Source: Spirochaetia bacterium (GTDB taxonomy: Bacteria > Spirochaetota > Spirochaetia > SZUA-6 > Bin103). Taken from it: a stretch of 64,000 nt of DNA. Below are positions 1 through 14,413 of this stretch, in pieces; position 1 is the stretch's first letter, and every line of letters starts with the position of its first letter. A model generated the notes under the pieces. It saw only the letters and a program-made list of their open reading frames with translations. It ran no database searches and was not told the origin of the DNA. A program made the position numbers and the translations under genes. The DNA is taken from assembly GCA_965199955.1 (NCBI GenBank), contig CBDATQ010000001.1, positions 480,001-544,000 of the forward strand. The letters run 5' to 3'.

Positions 1-332
1 CCTCCGGCGGCGTCGAGGTGCCGCCGTTCGAGCCGTACCCGACCGAAGTGTGCGTGACTGGCCGGCCGGGGTCCGTGGTGGTGTGCGACAGCCGGCTGTG
101 GCACGCCGCCGGCGCCAATCGGTCGGCGGCGCCACGCGTCGGGCTGGCGGTGCGCTACGCCCCGTGGTGGCTGAACCTGGAGGTGCTGCGGCCGGGATCG
201 CCCGACCGCCAGCGGATCCTGGACGCCAATCCCGACCTGACCGAGAACGAGGTGCCGCCGGTGCCCCGTGACGTGTTCGATGGCCTGCCAGCCGCCGTGC
301 AGCCTCTGTTCCAGCACTGGGTAGCCGCATGA
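1..332 (+). CDS. PhyH-family Fe(II)/2OG dioxygenase, 3' part (truncated by window edge)
   Basis: C-terminal DSBH motif 'GSVVVCDSRLWHAAGANRS..PR'; stop overlaps the next ATG (ATGA). Confidence 0.75.
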   Translation, partial: SGGVEVPPFEPYPTEVCVTGRPGSVVVCDSRLWHAAGANRSAAPRVGLAVRYAPWWLNLEVLRPGSPDRQRILDANPDLTENEVPPVPRDVFDGLPAAVQPLFQHWVAA

Positions 333-1081
333 CCCAGGCGGAGCAGGCCGCGCTCAAGGCCGACTATCGCCGCGACGGCTACGCGGTGGCGCGCGGCTTC
401 ATGAGCCGGGCGGAGGTGGCGGACATCAACGCCCACATCGACGCGCTCATCGACCGGCTGCCCGAGCTGGACGAGCAGACGGCGTTCTACGAGGTTCCCG
501 GCGACCGGGAGAGCATCATGCGCCTGCAGTACTTCGGCCGGTACGACCAGGACCTGCAGGACCTCTACCAGAGCGAGCGGATGGTCGGGCTGGCCGCCGA
601 CCTGCTCGATGACGCCGCGGTCCCGAAGGAGTTGCAGTGGTTCGCCAAGCCGCCGCGCGTGGGCAAGGTGACGCCGCCCCATCAGGACGGCTTCTACTTC
701 AAGCTGGAGCCGAGCGAGGCGCTGACCTTCTGGATCGCGTTGGACGAGGTGGACGAGGAGAACGGCTGCATCCGCTACCTGCCCGGCTCCCACCTGCGCG
801 GCTACCGCCCGCACGCGATGTCCAACGTGATGGGCTTCTCGCGCGGCGTCACCGACTACGGGGACGCCGACCTGGCCGCCGAGCACGCGATCATCGCCTC
901 GCCCGGAGACCTGATCATCCACCACTGCATGATCGTCCACCGCGCCGACCCCAACCCGAGCGATCGGTCGCGCCGCGCCCTGGGACTGGTCTATTACGCG
1001 GGCCGCGCCCGAGTCACCGAGCAGTCCGAGGCGTACGTGGACGAGCTGATCAAGAAGTGGGTCGCCGAGGGCCTCGCCTAA
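329..1081 (+). CDS. PhyH/ectoine-hydroxylase-like Fe(II)/2OG dioxygenase
   Basis: HQD motif (TPPHQDGFYF), WIALD..ENGC..PGSH, distal His (IVHRADPN) and Arg. Confidence 0.9.
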   Translation: MTQAEQAALKADYRRDGYAVARGFMSRAEVADINAHIDALIDRLPELDEQTAFYEVPGDRESIMRLQYFGRYDQDLQDLYQSERMVGLAADLLDDAAVPKELQWFAKPPRVGKVTPPHQDGFYFKLEPSEALTFWIALDEVDEENGCIRYLPGSHLRGYRPHAMSNVMGFSRGVTDYGDADLAAEHAIIASPGDLIIHHCMIVHRADPNPSDRSRRALGLVYYAGRARVTEQSEAYVDELIKKWVAEGLA

Positions 1082-1181
1082 GCTCAGCCGGCCGAGGCTC
1101 CGGGCTTCGAAGCGGCGACCGAAGCTCCGGGAACATCATCGGGTTCGTGGTCGGCGCCCCGCTGCTGGTACCGCCTGCCCA

Positions 1182-1232
1182 CGTGGGCTCCGGCCGGGCG
1201 CCCGACGATCGGGGCCGGACCCGGAGCCCACG
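1182..1232. repeat. 12-bp inverted repeat in a convergent intergenic region (terminator/REP-like)
   Basis: CGTGGGCTCCGG (1182-1193) pairs with CCGGAGCCCACG (1221-1232). Confidence 0.45.
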
Positions 1233-1262
1233 AGTCCGTGGAGAAAAGTCTCCCGGAGCGGC

Positions 1263-1844
1263 CTATTGCTGGACGAACTCGGCGTCGATCTCGATGCGGA
1301 CTTCCGCGCCGACGATCACGCCGCCGTTGTCCAGGCGGTTGTCCCACGCAACACCGAAGTCGTGTCGGTCGATGGTGGTCTGGCCTTCGATGCCGACCAC
1401 GGTGGCTCCGCCCGGACCCTGGACCGGGCCGACGATCGTGATCGGCAGCTCGATCTGCTGGGTCACGCCGCGGATCGTGAGATCGCCGACCACGACGACG
1501 CCATCCTCACCCATCATGAGGCTGGTGCTGGCGAAGGTGATCGTCGGATGGTTCTCGACGTCGAAGAAGTCGGCGCTGCGCAGGTGGTTGTCGCGCCGGT
1601 CGTTGTTGGTGTCGATGCTGGCGACCTGGATCGTGGCCATCAGCGAGAACGAGCCCATGTTCTCGGCGTCGTAGGTGAAGGAGGCGTCGAAGTCGTTGAA
1701 CGAGCCGGTGGTCTTGGCGACTACCAGGTGGGCGACCCGAAAGCCGACGTTGGTGTGGGCCTGGTCGACCTTGAACTCGGCGGCGAGCGCAACGTGCGCG
1801 AGCACGAAGAACGCCGCCGTGGCGAAGAGGAGCTTGCGAATCAT
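1263..1844 (-). CDS. yceI: YceI-family periplasmic lipid/polyisoprenoid-binding protein
   Basis: Signal peptide; VDQAHTNVGFRVAHL, SIDTNNDRRDNHLRSADFFD, GDLTIRGVT, IDRHDFGV. Confidence 0.92.
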   Translation of the reverse strand: MIRKLLFATAAFFVLAHVALAAEFKVDQAHTNVGFRVAHLVVAKTTGSFNDFDASFTYDAENMGSFSLMATIQVASIDTNNDRRDNHLRSADFFDVENHPTITFASTSLMMGEDGVVVVGDLTIRGVTQQIELPITIVGPVQGPGGATVVGIEGQTTIDRHDFGVAWDNRLDNGGVIVGAEVRIEIDAEFVQQ

Positions 1845-1951
1845 GGGTAAGTTCCTTTGGGTGTGATGTACGCTCAGATCCTGAGCGCCGGGGGAAGCCT
1901 GTCATGACACCTTCCCCAAGGTCCGGATAATCCGGACCCGCTGAACGTTAC

Positions 1952-2860
1952 TTATAGGGAACGGAGATTCTTCGTCAAGTGCTCCATCGCCTGCGAGGTC
2001 CGCGTATCGTCGATCGTTCCCCAGCGGCACCAGCAGATCAGCTCGTCCACGCCGTTCGAAGCGAGTTCGGCCATGCGTTTACTCAACGCACGCGGGGTGC
2101 CGACAATCGCGCGCTCCGCGAGGTACGCGGCGACCTGGGCGTCATCCGGCTCGGGCAGGCCCACCAGCCGGTTGCGGCGGCTGAGGGTCCAGCGCGCGGC
2201 GTCGAGCACCTCCTGATCCAGGGCTCCGTCGCGGGTGATCGCCACCAGACGCAGCACGCCGATCCGACCCGTACCGGATGGCTCGTCGCGATAGGCGCGG
2301 ATCAGCTCCCGAAGCTGCGCCCCGCCGCTCAATGCCAGCAGGTCGTATCCCCGCCGTCCGGCCCGGGCCGCCGCCTCCGGCGATCCCGCGGTGACGGCGA
2401 TGCGGGGATGGGCCTGCACCGGCCTGATCCCGTCGGTGGTGCGCCAGTGCTCGACGACGCGGCGGATCCCCTCGTCGTGCAGCCGGTGCCGGTCGTCGAA
2501 GTCGGCGTCGAACGGCGCGTACTCGACCGGAGAGTAGCCGGGGCCGAAGCCGGCGATCACCCGCCCGCGCGAGAGCTGATCGACCGTGGCGATCTCCTCG
2601 GCCAGCCGCACCGGGTGGTGCAGGGGGGTGACGTTCACGGCGTAGCCGATGGCGACGCGACGGGTGCGGACGCCCAGCGCGCCGGCCATCACCGACGGGG
2701 CGGAGCACCAGCCGTAGTCGGAGCCGTGATGCTCGGTGACCCAGACCGCGTCGAACCCCAACTCCTCCGCGCGCGCTCCGTCGGCCAGCGCACGCTCCAC
2801 CACACTGCCAGGCGCCGATCCAGGCGGCGCCGGCATGATCAGGAACAGGCCCAGACGCAT
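1952..2860 (-). CDS. LLM-class (luciferase-like) flavin-dependent oxidoreductase
   Basis: AEELGFDAVWVTEHH, HPVRLAEEIATVDQLSRGR. Confidence 0.88.
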   Translation of the reverse strand: MRLGLFLIMPAPPGSAPGSVVERALADGARAEELGFDAVWVTEHHGSDYGWCSAPSVMAGALGVRTRRVAIGYAVNVTPLHHPVRLAEEIATVDQLSRGRVIAGFGPGYSPVEYAPFDADFDDRHRLHDEGIRRVVEHWRTTDGIRPVQAHPRIAVTAGSPEAAARAGRRGYDLLALSGGAQLRELIRAYRDEPSGTGRIGVLRLVAITRDGALDQEVLDAARWTLSRRNRLVGLPEPDDAQVAAYLAERAIVGTPRALSKRMAELASNGVDELICWCRWGTIDDTRTSQAMEHLTKNLRSL

Positions 2861-2876
2861 CGATTGCCGGGACTGG

Positions 2877-3803
2877 TCAGTGGTAGTAGGGCTCGCGCAG
2901 CAGTGTCGCCTTGAGCGGATCCGACGCCGTCCGCTCGCGTACCGCCGCCGAGGGGGTGCAGTCGGGCCAGTCCAGCAGGTAGGACGGCCCGTACTGGTAG
3001 AGCAGCCAGCGCTTGCTCTCCGCCCGCGGGGCGGTGAGCGCGTGCGACAGGCCCTCCGTATACAGCAGCGCCTCGCCGGCGGCGAGCGGCAGCGGCCGCA
3101 GGACCGGCAGGTCTTCGGCGGTCCGGTCCGCGTAGGGATGGGCGAAGTTGGCTTTGTGGCTGGCCGGGATCACCCCGATGGCGCCGTCGCCGGCGGGCGT
3201 GTCGTCAAGGGCGATCAGCACCGATACCAGCAGGCAGCGGAACTCGCCCTCCACGAATGCCCGGTAGCGGCCGAAGCGGCGCGGATCGGCGCGGCCCCCT
3301 TGCGTGACGCGGCCGCTCACGCCGGTCCGGCGGACCAGCGCGCGGGAGGAGATCAGCCGCACCTGCTCGCCCCAGACGAGCTCCACCATGCGCGCGTGCA
3401 GGTCGGGGCGGGCGAACACCTCGCCCAGCGTGCCGCCGAGCTCGATGACGTTGCGCAGCTCCAGCTCCAGTCCGTTGCCGGCCGCGGTGACGCCGGCCGG
3501 CAGGGCGCCGGGATCGGCGATGGCGGCGCGCGCCTCGGCCAGCTCGTCAGGGTCGAGCAGCGTGCCGAGCGGCAGGTAGCCGGCGAGGTCGAAGCGGAAG
3601 CGCTCGACCTCGGTGAGTAGCCGCTGGCCGGTGCCGGTCTGGTGCATGGAGCTGTTGCTGGCGGTGCGGCGCGCGGGCGGAGCGGGTTCGCCCGCCGGTG
3701 CGGGAGGAGCCGCGGGCGCCTCCGGTTCGGCAGGTTCGCCGGGAGCGGCGTCGATCCCGCCTGTGCGTTGCGGCAGCTTCAACCGCTGCTCGTCACCATT
3801 CAC
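2877..3803 (-). CDS. PhyH-like protein with a degenerate metal site and a Pro/Ala-rich N-terminal extension
   Basis: ERFRFDLAGYL, VIPASHKANF, EGLSHA; paralog of 3800-4612; QGG where the first His ligand is expected. Confidence 0.75.
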   Translation of the reverse strand: MNGDEQRLKLPQRTGGIDAAPGEPAEPEAPAAPPAPAGEPAPPARRTASNSSMHQTGTGQRLLTEVERFRFDLAGYLPLGTLLDPDELAEARAAIADPGALPAGVTAAGNGLELELRNVIELGGTLGEVFARPDLHARMVELVWGEQVRLISSRALVRRTGVSGRVTQGGRADPRRFGRYRAFVEGEFRCLLVSVLIALDDTPAGDGAIGVIPASHKANFAHPYADRTAEDLPVLRPLPLAAGEALLYTEGLSHALTAPRAESKRWLLYQYGPSYLLDWPDCTPSAAVRERTASDPLKATLLREPYYH

Positions 3804-4612
3804 GAGACGGGTACCGGCTCCTGGCTATAGGTGGTCTGCACGCCGTACGGGGCGGGGCCGCGCACCAGCTCCAGCTGGCGCGGCGTGGCCCGCTCTTCGA
3901 AGCCGGGCGCGGTCACCGTCTGATCGTTCCAGGCGGAGTGGAACGCCGGCGCGTAGGAAATGAAGATCGTGCGGCGCACCCGGTCGCTGCGGTTCACCAG
4001 CGCCCCGTGCGTGAGATCCTCCGAGAACAGCACCGCGTCGCCGGCCTGCACCGTGATCGGCTCGACCAGCGGGTCGGCGGCGTCGGGCAGCCGCAGGTGT
4101 CCGGGAGTGGCGAAGTTGCTCTTGTGGCTGCCCGGCATCACGACGAACGGCCCGTTGTCCGGGCCCACGTCGGTGAGGGCATAACCGATCTTGACGCTTA
4201 CGCACTCGAAGCGGTCGCGGTTCAGCGCGTACTCGCTGTAGGCAAGGAGCTCCGCGTAGCCGTGATGGAGGACGCTGCCGCGGCCTGAGGTCCTGGACAT
4301 GAAGTGCATGGCGTCCAGGCGGGTCGGGCCGCCGACCATCTCCTCGACCAGCGGCACCGTGGCCGGCACGTCGATGAGCGACTCGAAGATCCCCCCGTAC
4401 GGCAGCAGGTGGCTGGTGTACTCCAGGTTGCCGTACGGGTCGCGGTCGCCGCGCGTCTGGCGGATCGCGCCGGCCGCGTTCGCCTCCTCGCTGCTCATCG
4501 CATCGATCAGGTCCAGCTCGACGTTCAGCGCCTGGACCAGGTCGGCCGGCAGCGCTTCGCGGACCGTCAGATAGCCGTTGAGGTCGAACAGATAGCGCTG
4601 CTCATCCGTCAT
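3800..4612 (-). CDS. PhyH-family Fe(II)/2OG oxygenase (HxG variant)
   Basis: [46 protein letters not shown]. Confidence 0.85.
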   Translation of the reverse strand: MTDEQRYLFDLNGYLTVREALPADLVQALNVELDLIDAMSSEEANAAGAIRQTRGDRDPYGNLEYTSHLLPYGGIFESLIDVPATVPLVEEMVGGPTRLDAMHFMSRTSGRGSVLHHGYAELLAYSEYALNRDRFECVSVKIGYALTDVGPDNGPFVVMPGSHKSNFATPGHLRLPDAADPLVEPITVQAGDAVLFSEDLTHGALVNRSDRVRRTIFISYAPAFHSAWNDQTVTAPGFEERATPRQLELVRGPAPYGVQTTYSQEPVPVS

Positions 4613-4662
4613 CCCGCTACCTTAGCACGGCGATCTCGGGTACCGTCGCGGACACCGTCGCC

Positions 4663-5750
<1,088 letters not shown>

Positions 5751-5754
<4 letters not shown>

Positions 5755-6593
5755 CGGTCGCTGCGGCGTTCCGCACAGGCGCCACCGAGCTGGCCGCCGC
5801 GCCCACCGACACGCCGGCGCTGGAAGCCGCGGTGCTGCTGGCCGACGCGCTCGGCGTGAGCAAGGAGCGCCTGTTCGCGCGGATGGGCGATTCGATCGGG
5901 GCACGCGGCATGGCCAGCTTCCGGCGGTCACTGTCGCTCCGCCGAGCCGCGGTGCCGGTGGCCTACATCCGCGGCGCCAAGGAGTTCTACGGCCACACCT
6001 TCAGCGTCGACCGGCGCGTGCTGATCCCGCGTCCCGACACCGAGTGCCTGGTCGAGGCGGCGCTGGCGGCGGTCGCCGCCGACCCGTCGCTGCGGCGGGT
6101 GCACGACGTGGGCACCGGCTCCGGCTGCATCGCGATCGCGCTCAAGGCGGCGCGTCCCGAGGTGGCGGTGTCGGTGTCGGATGCCGACGCCGCCTGCCTG
6201 GAGGTGTGCCGCGTCAACCAGCGGCGGCTGCTCGGCCGGGAGTGCCTGCACGCGCGGGTGGCAGATCTGCTGGCCGGGGTGCCGGGGCCGCTGGACATGA
6301 TCGTCGCCAACCCGCCGTATCTTGACGCGACCGCTTGCGCGCGGATGGCCGGGAGGGGATGGCCGGAGCCGATGGGGGCGTTGCGGGGCGGCGAGCACGG
6401 CGCCGAGGTGACCCTGCGGCTGATCGCGCAGGCGGGTGGCCGGCTGCGCGTCGGCGGCTACCTGTTCCTGGAGACTGCCCCGGAGCATGTCGAGCGGCTC
6501 GAGGCGGCGCTGACGGCCACCGGCTTCGCGGAGCCGACCGTGCATCGCGACCTGGCCGGCCGGCCCCGGGTGGTGGGAGCCCGCCGGAGATGA
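5751..6593 (+). CDS. prmC: Release factor glutamine methyltransferase
   Basis: [23 protein letters not shown]; overlaps the prfA stop. Confidence 0.95.
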
Positions 6594-8561
6594 GCGGCGC
6601 GGGGGTGCGTGCCGACTCGCTGATTCTTGCCCCCGAGGAGCTGGTCCGCTACCAGCCGGACGAGGCGCACCGCATCCAGGGGGCGGTCGAGCTGGCGGCC
6701 GCGGCGCACGACGGACAGGTTCGCGCCAGCGGCGAGCCCTACCTCGTCCACCCGCTCAGCGTGGGCCGCATTCTGATCGACACGCAGATGGACGCCGACG
6801 CCGTGTGCGCCGGCCTGCTGCACGACGCGATCGAGGACACCGGGGTGGGCGAGGACGAGTTGCGCGAGCGCTTCGGCACGGAGGTCGCCGAGCTGGTGCA
6901 GGGCGTCACCAAGATCTCGCAGCTCCGCGGCCAGAGCCGCACGGTGCAGAAGGCGGAGACGATCCTGAAGATCCTGCTGGCGATGACCCGCGACGTGCGC
7001 GTCATCATCATCAAGCTGGCCGACAAGCTGCACAACATGCGTACGCTCGAGTTCCTGGATCCGGAGCGGCGCAAGCGGATCGCCGAGGAGTGCCTGGAGA
7101 TCTACAGCCCGCTGGCCGGCCGGCTGGGCATGTACCGCATCAAGTCGCAGTTGGAGGACGAGGCGCTGCGCGTGCTGCAGCCCGCCGTCTACGAGCAGCT
7201 CCGCCAGTTCGTGACTCAGCGGCGGGAAGACCGCCAGGAATACCTGCTGCGCATCCGCGACCGGCTGATCGAGCGGGCGGCCGCAGGCGGCCTGGACCTG
7301 GAGGTGCAGAGCCGCGCCAAGCACTTTTACTCCATCTATCGCAAGCAGCGGGACAAGGGCAAGGCGATCGACGAGATCCACGACCTGTTCGGGATGCGGG
7401 TGCTGTGCGCCAACCAGGGGCAGTGCTACGAGGTGCTCGGGCTGATCCACAGCCTGTGGCCGCCGATGGAAGGGCGCTTCAAGGACTACATCGCCATGCC
7501 CAAGTCCAACGGCTACCAGAGCCTGCACACCACGGTGATGGGCCCGCAGGGGCGCGTCGTGGACGTGCAGATCCGCACGCGCGAGATGGACCGTACCGCC
7601 GACAACGGCGTGGCCGCGCACTGGGTGTACAAGCAGCGCCAGCGCCGCAGCGCGGAGCCTTCGATCATCGCCAAGCTGCGCGAGTGGGAGGCGCCGGGCG
7701 ACACACCGGTGACCCCCGATCCGCAGACGCCGGTGTTCTTCGAGCAGCTCAAGCGCGAGATCCTGAGCGACTCCATCTACGTGTTCACGCCGCGCGGCGA
7801 CGTGATCGAGCTGCCGCGCGGCGCCACGCCGATCGACTTCGCCTACCACATCCACACCGAGGTCGGGCACCGCTGCCGCGGCGCCAAGGCGGACGGGGCG
7901 ATCGTCCCGCTCGGCTCGGAGTTGCGCAACACGCAGGTGGTGGAGATCCTCACCGCCTCGAACGCCCGTCCCAACCTGCGCTGGCTGCAGTTCGCGCGCA
8001 CCTCGCGGGCGCGCACCAAGATCAGGCAGTGGCTGACGCAGAACGATCCGGACCTGATCCTGGACCGGTCGATCGTGGCGAAGAAATCTGCCGCCGAGGC
8101 GGCGGGCGCCGAGGAAGCGGCCGGCACCAAGTCGCCCCCCAGGCGGCGCAGCCGCTCCGCCGATCAACTTCGCGCGCTGCTGCTCGCCCGCGTCCGGCGA
8201 TCCGATCGTCGGCTACGTGTCGCGCGGCAAGGGGATCACCGTGCACCGCACCGACTGCAGCAACATGCTGGCGATCCGCGACCTGGACGAACGCCGCATC
8301 GACGTCGCCTGGGAGTCCACCTCGCCCAAGCAGACCTTCAGCTTCCGCATCGTCGCCGGCGAGAGCGCCCACCTGTTCTCGGAGATCGAGAGCGGGCTGC
8401 GCAAGATCGGCGGCCACCTGATCGCGGGCAAGGTGGAGGAGGGGGAGGAGGCGACCCGGCGCGGGATGTTCACCGTGGAGGTGGAGCCCGGCACCGACCG
8501 TGCCGCGGTGATCAAGAACATCAACGCGATTCCGACCGTGCACCGGATCGAGGTGGCCTGA
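6590..8561 (+). CDS. relA: Long RelA/SpoT (p)ppGpp synthetase/hydrolase; frameshift in the C6 run at 8135-8140
   Basis: HD domain (GEPYLVHP, LLHDAIED), synthetase (KDYIAMPKSNGYQSLHT), TGS (TPRGD..ATPIDFAY). Removing one C joins INFARCC..GYVSRGKGITVHRTDC (ZFD) and the ACT domain ending at TGA 8559-8561. Confidence 0.92.
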
Positions 8562-8569
8562 ACGGCGGC

Positions 8570-9020
8570 ATGGCACGGCAGCTCCTGATCGACTCGCCGG
8601 TGTTCGGGACGATCGTCGTCACCGTCGACGATGACGGCGCGGTGAGCCGGGTCAGCTTCAGCGACGAGCCGGCAGGCGGGGCGGGGAGCAACGGCCGGCA
8701 CGCCGGCGAGCCCATGAGCGACATCGAGCGCGAGATCCATCTCTATCTGGCCGGCGAGCCGATAGCCTTCCGCCTGCCTTATCGCGCGGCCGGCACGCCC
8801 TTCCAGCAGGCGGTCTGGGAGCAGTTGCGGGCGATCCCCTACGGCACCACCGCAACCTACGGACAGATCGCCGCCCGCCTCGGAAAGCCGGGCGCGGCGC
8901 GCGCGGTCGGCGGCGCCTGCGGCGCCAACCCGGTGCCGCTGATCGTCCCCTGCCACCGCGCGGTCGCCGCGAACGGCAGCCTGGGAGGGTTCACCAGCGG
9001 CGTGTGGCGCAAGCGGCTGC

Positions 9021-9046
<26 letters not shown>
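8570..9046 (+). CDS. ogt: Methylated-DNA--protein-cysteine methyltransferase
   Basis: GTPFQQAVW..IPYG..TYG..ARAVGGACGANP..VPCHR; own ATG at 8570, just after the true rel stop. Confidence 0.93.
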
Positions 9047-11286
<2,240 letters not shown>

Positions 11287-11290
<4 letters not shown>

Positions 11291-11592
11291 GTCTGCTCCA
11301 CCGAGCAGCGCAGCGGAAAGCCGCGCTCACGCGCCATGCGGTGCACGGCGCTCGCCTTCGACTCCGCGATCTGCTCCGGGTACTCGCCGCAGACGCCGAC
11401 GCCGCGCCGGTGGATCTGCAGCATGATCGCGGTCGCCTCCGAAGGGTTCTTGAAGAAGATCCGTTCCAGCACGGCGACCACGAAGTCCATGGTCGTGTAG
11501 TCGTCGTTGTGCATGAGCACGCGAAAGGGTGGCAGCGTGTCGATCTCCGCGGCGAGCTCGGAGTCGGCCTCCCTGAGCGGATCGTCGTGCAT
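11287..11592 (-). CDS. clpS: ClpS adaptor
   Basis: VLMHNDDYTTMDFVV..MLQIHRRG..GFPLRC. Confidence 0.96.
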
Positions 11593-11730
11593 GGTCGGAA
11601 ACCCGGACGAAGATAGCCGCGCCGCGATCGGACGGTCAAAGGGTGGAAGACGGGACGCTACGGGAGCCGGCGCCGCACGCCGTTGGCTCGGACGGCTGCG
11701 ACACGATAGTGTCGGTGCTCAGGCTCCTTC

Positions 11731-13486
11731 ATGAGCACGCCTCCCGCCCACCCGCGCATTCCGTACGGCCAGGCCGACTTCCGGCGCATCCGCCGCAACC
11801 GCTGGCTGTACGTCGACAAGACGCGCTTCCTGCGGCTTCTGGAGCGGGAGGACTACGTCTTCCTGATCCGCCCGCGGCGCTTCGGCAAGTCGCTGTGGGT
11901 GTCGCTGCTGGAGAACTACTACGACCGCTTCTGGGCGGAGGACTTCGAGGCCACTTTCGCCGGAACCGACGTCGGGCAGGGCCCGACCGGCGAACAGAGC
12001 CGCTACGTCACCCTGCGCTTCAACTTCTCGGCGGTCAACGACAAGCTCGAGACCCTGGAGCGGGAGTTCGATACCTACTGCATGATAGAGCTTCAGGGAA
12101 CGCTGGAACGGCATCCCGATCTGTTTCCCGAAGCGGCGGTGCAGCGCATCCTTGCGCCACCCTCCATCGCCAACAAGCTCAGCATGTTGTTCCGGTACGC
12201 GGGCGACCACGGCATCCCGCTGTACGTGTTGATCGACGAGTACGACAATTTCGCCAACACCGTGCTGGCGCACCACGGCGCGGAGGCGTACCACTCGTTC
12301 ACGCACGGCGGCGGCTTCTACCGCAACTTCTTCGCCACGCTCAAGTCCGGCGCCGACCGCAGCGGCGGAGGTCTGGAGCGCCTGTTCATCACCGGGGTGT
12401 CGCCGGTCACCATGGACGACGTGACCTCGGGCTTCAACATCGGCACCAACATCAGCCTGGAAGCGGACTTCAACGAGATGGTCGGCTTCACCAAGGCGGA
12501 GGTGCGGCGCCTGGTGGAGACCTGCCAGGACCATGGCGTGTTCAACCAGGACCCGGCGGCCGCCATGGATCATGGGCCAGTGGTACAACGGCTACCGCTT
12601 CGCCAAGGCGGCCGAGACCGATCTGTACAACACCGACATGGTGCTCTACTACCTGAAACACTCGATTCCGAACCGGGAGGTGCCGGAGTACCTGATCGAC
12701 ACCAACGTGCGCATCGACTACGGCAAGCTGCGCCACCTGCTGGTGACCGGCCGGCAGCTCAACGGCAACTTCGACCTGCTGCGGGACGTGATCGGCGAGG
12801 AGCAGGTGGACACCCGCATCACGCCCGGCTTTTCGCTGGCGGAGCTCACCGAGCCGGAGAACTTCCTGTCCCTGATGCACTACTTCGGGCTGCTGAGCAT
12901 CCGCGGCGTGCAGGGCGTGATGCCGCGGCTGGCGATCCCGAACCAAACCGTGAAGCGGCTGATGTACGGCTTTCTGCGCGATGCCTACCGCGACGTGGAG
13001 GTGTTCTCGGTCAACCTGTTCCGGTTCGAGCAATTGATGCTGCGGATGGCCAACGAGGGCGAATGGCGGCCCGTGTTCGAATTCCTGGGCGAGGCGATCG
13101 CGCGGCAGACGGGGATTCGCGACTACATCGGCGGGGAGAAAGTCGTTCAGGGGTTCCTGGCCGCCTATCTGAGCGTAGCCGACTATTACGTGTTCCGGTC
13201 GGAGGCGGAGCTGGGGAAGGGACACGCGGACATCGCGCTGGAGCCGCTGGTCGCCCGCTATCCGCAGCTTCGGCGCGGCTATCTGATCGAGCTCAAGTAC
13301 CTGAAGCGCTCCGAGCCGGCGGACGCGGCCCGGGCGGCGCCGGCTGCGGACGAGGCGGCGGCGCAACTCCGGCGGTACCTGGCGGACGAGCGGCTGGCGC
13401 GGCAGTTCCCGGGGGTGCGCTTCACCGGCCTGGTCGTCGTGTTCCATGGCTGGGAGCTGGCGTTCTGCGATGCGGTACGACCGTGA
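11731..13486 (+). CDS. AAA-ATPase-like protein with C-terminal PD-(D/E)XK nuclease-like domain; frameshift near 12568
   Basis: IPYG..DF..YVDKT, RPRRFGKSL, LIDEYD, FITGVSP; second frame gives WYNGY, IPN, and G.ADI..IELKY. Confidence 0.85.
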
Positions 13487-13519
13487 CGTGCGTGCACGGC
13501 ACCGGCGTAGCTGAGCTCG

Positions 13520-14254
13520 CTACAGTGGGAGCCTCAAGGCGATCTCCTTGAGCCGGCGGTGGCGCCGCGCGGCGTCCGGGATCGACCGCTCGACGAGTTG
13601 CCAGAAGGCGGGGGAGTGGTTGCGAACCCGGAGGTGGGAGAGCTCGTGCACGACGACGTAGTCGATGAGCGAATCGTCCAGCATCACCACGCGCCAGTTG
13701 AGGCGGATCACGCCGTCCGAGCCGCAGCTTCCCCAGCGCTTGCGCTGATCGCGCACCAGGACGGGGGGCGGGGGACCGGAGCCGAGCCGGCTCCACCAGG
13801 CTTCGACCGCGGCGGGGAGGCGCTCCGCGGCGCGGACCCGGTACCAGGCGACGATGGCGTCGCGGGCGGTTGCGAACCGTTCCTCGTCGGCGAGTCCGGC
13901 GGGAACGGAGACCCGAAGTCGCAATCCGTCGAACCGCACCTGCGCTGATGTCCCGTCCCGCTGGCAGGTGAGAGGGATGGTCCGGCCCAGGTAGGGGATG
14001 TTCTCGCCGCTGACGAACCGGAGCGGTGCCGGTGCGTCGGCGAGCGATTGCAGCTTCTTGCGAATCCACGGGGCGCGCCTGATCACCAGGGCGCGGAGCT
14101 CTTCGTCCTCCGTGTCCAGCGGTGCGGCGAGTTGGACTCCGTCCCGATCGACGGAGATCATGATCGTCCTGGTGCGCCGCGCGCTGCGGCGGATCCGGTA
14201 CTCGATGGTGTCAGCGCCACAGCGGGCGACACACGTCTCCTCATTCTGCTTCAT
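13520..14254 (-). CDS. M48/YgjP (DUF45, SprT-like) zinc metallo-protein
   Basis: KRWGSC..IRLNW..IDYVVVHELSHL..NHS..FW (HExxH). Confidence 0.9.
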   Translation of the reverse strand: MKQNEETCVARCGADTIEYRIRRSARRTRTIMISVDRDGVQLAAPLDTEDEELRALVIRRAPWIRKKLQSLADAPAPLRFVSGENIPYLGRTIPLTCQRDGTSAQVRFDGLRLRVSVPAGLADEERFATARDAIVAWYRVRAAERLPAAVEAWWSRLGSGPPPPVLVRDQRKRWGSCGSDGVIRLNWRVVMLDDSLIDYVVVHELSHLRVRNHSPAFWQLVERSIPDAARRHRRLKEIALRLPL

Positions 14255-14413
14255 GGAGATGCTCCCTCGGCGCGTGGAGCGCTCAGTCGGCGAACTGGAA
14301 CGCGTAGAGGCTGTGCCGACCCAGGTTCATGACGTCATCCATCGTTAGCGCACCCACATCGCATCATGGTCAGGCTGTTCCTGGCAATCGACAGGATCGC
14401 GTACGATCGAGCC

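Noticed and set aside
14284..14345. Short minus-strand peptide MDDVMNLGRHSLYAFQFAD upstream of the M48 gene, considered as an hsdR remnant
   Set aside because: Too short, with no diagnostic motif.
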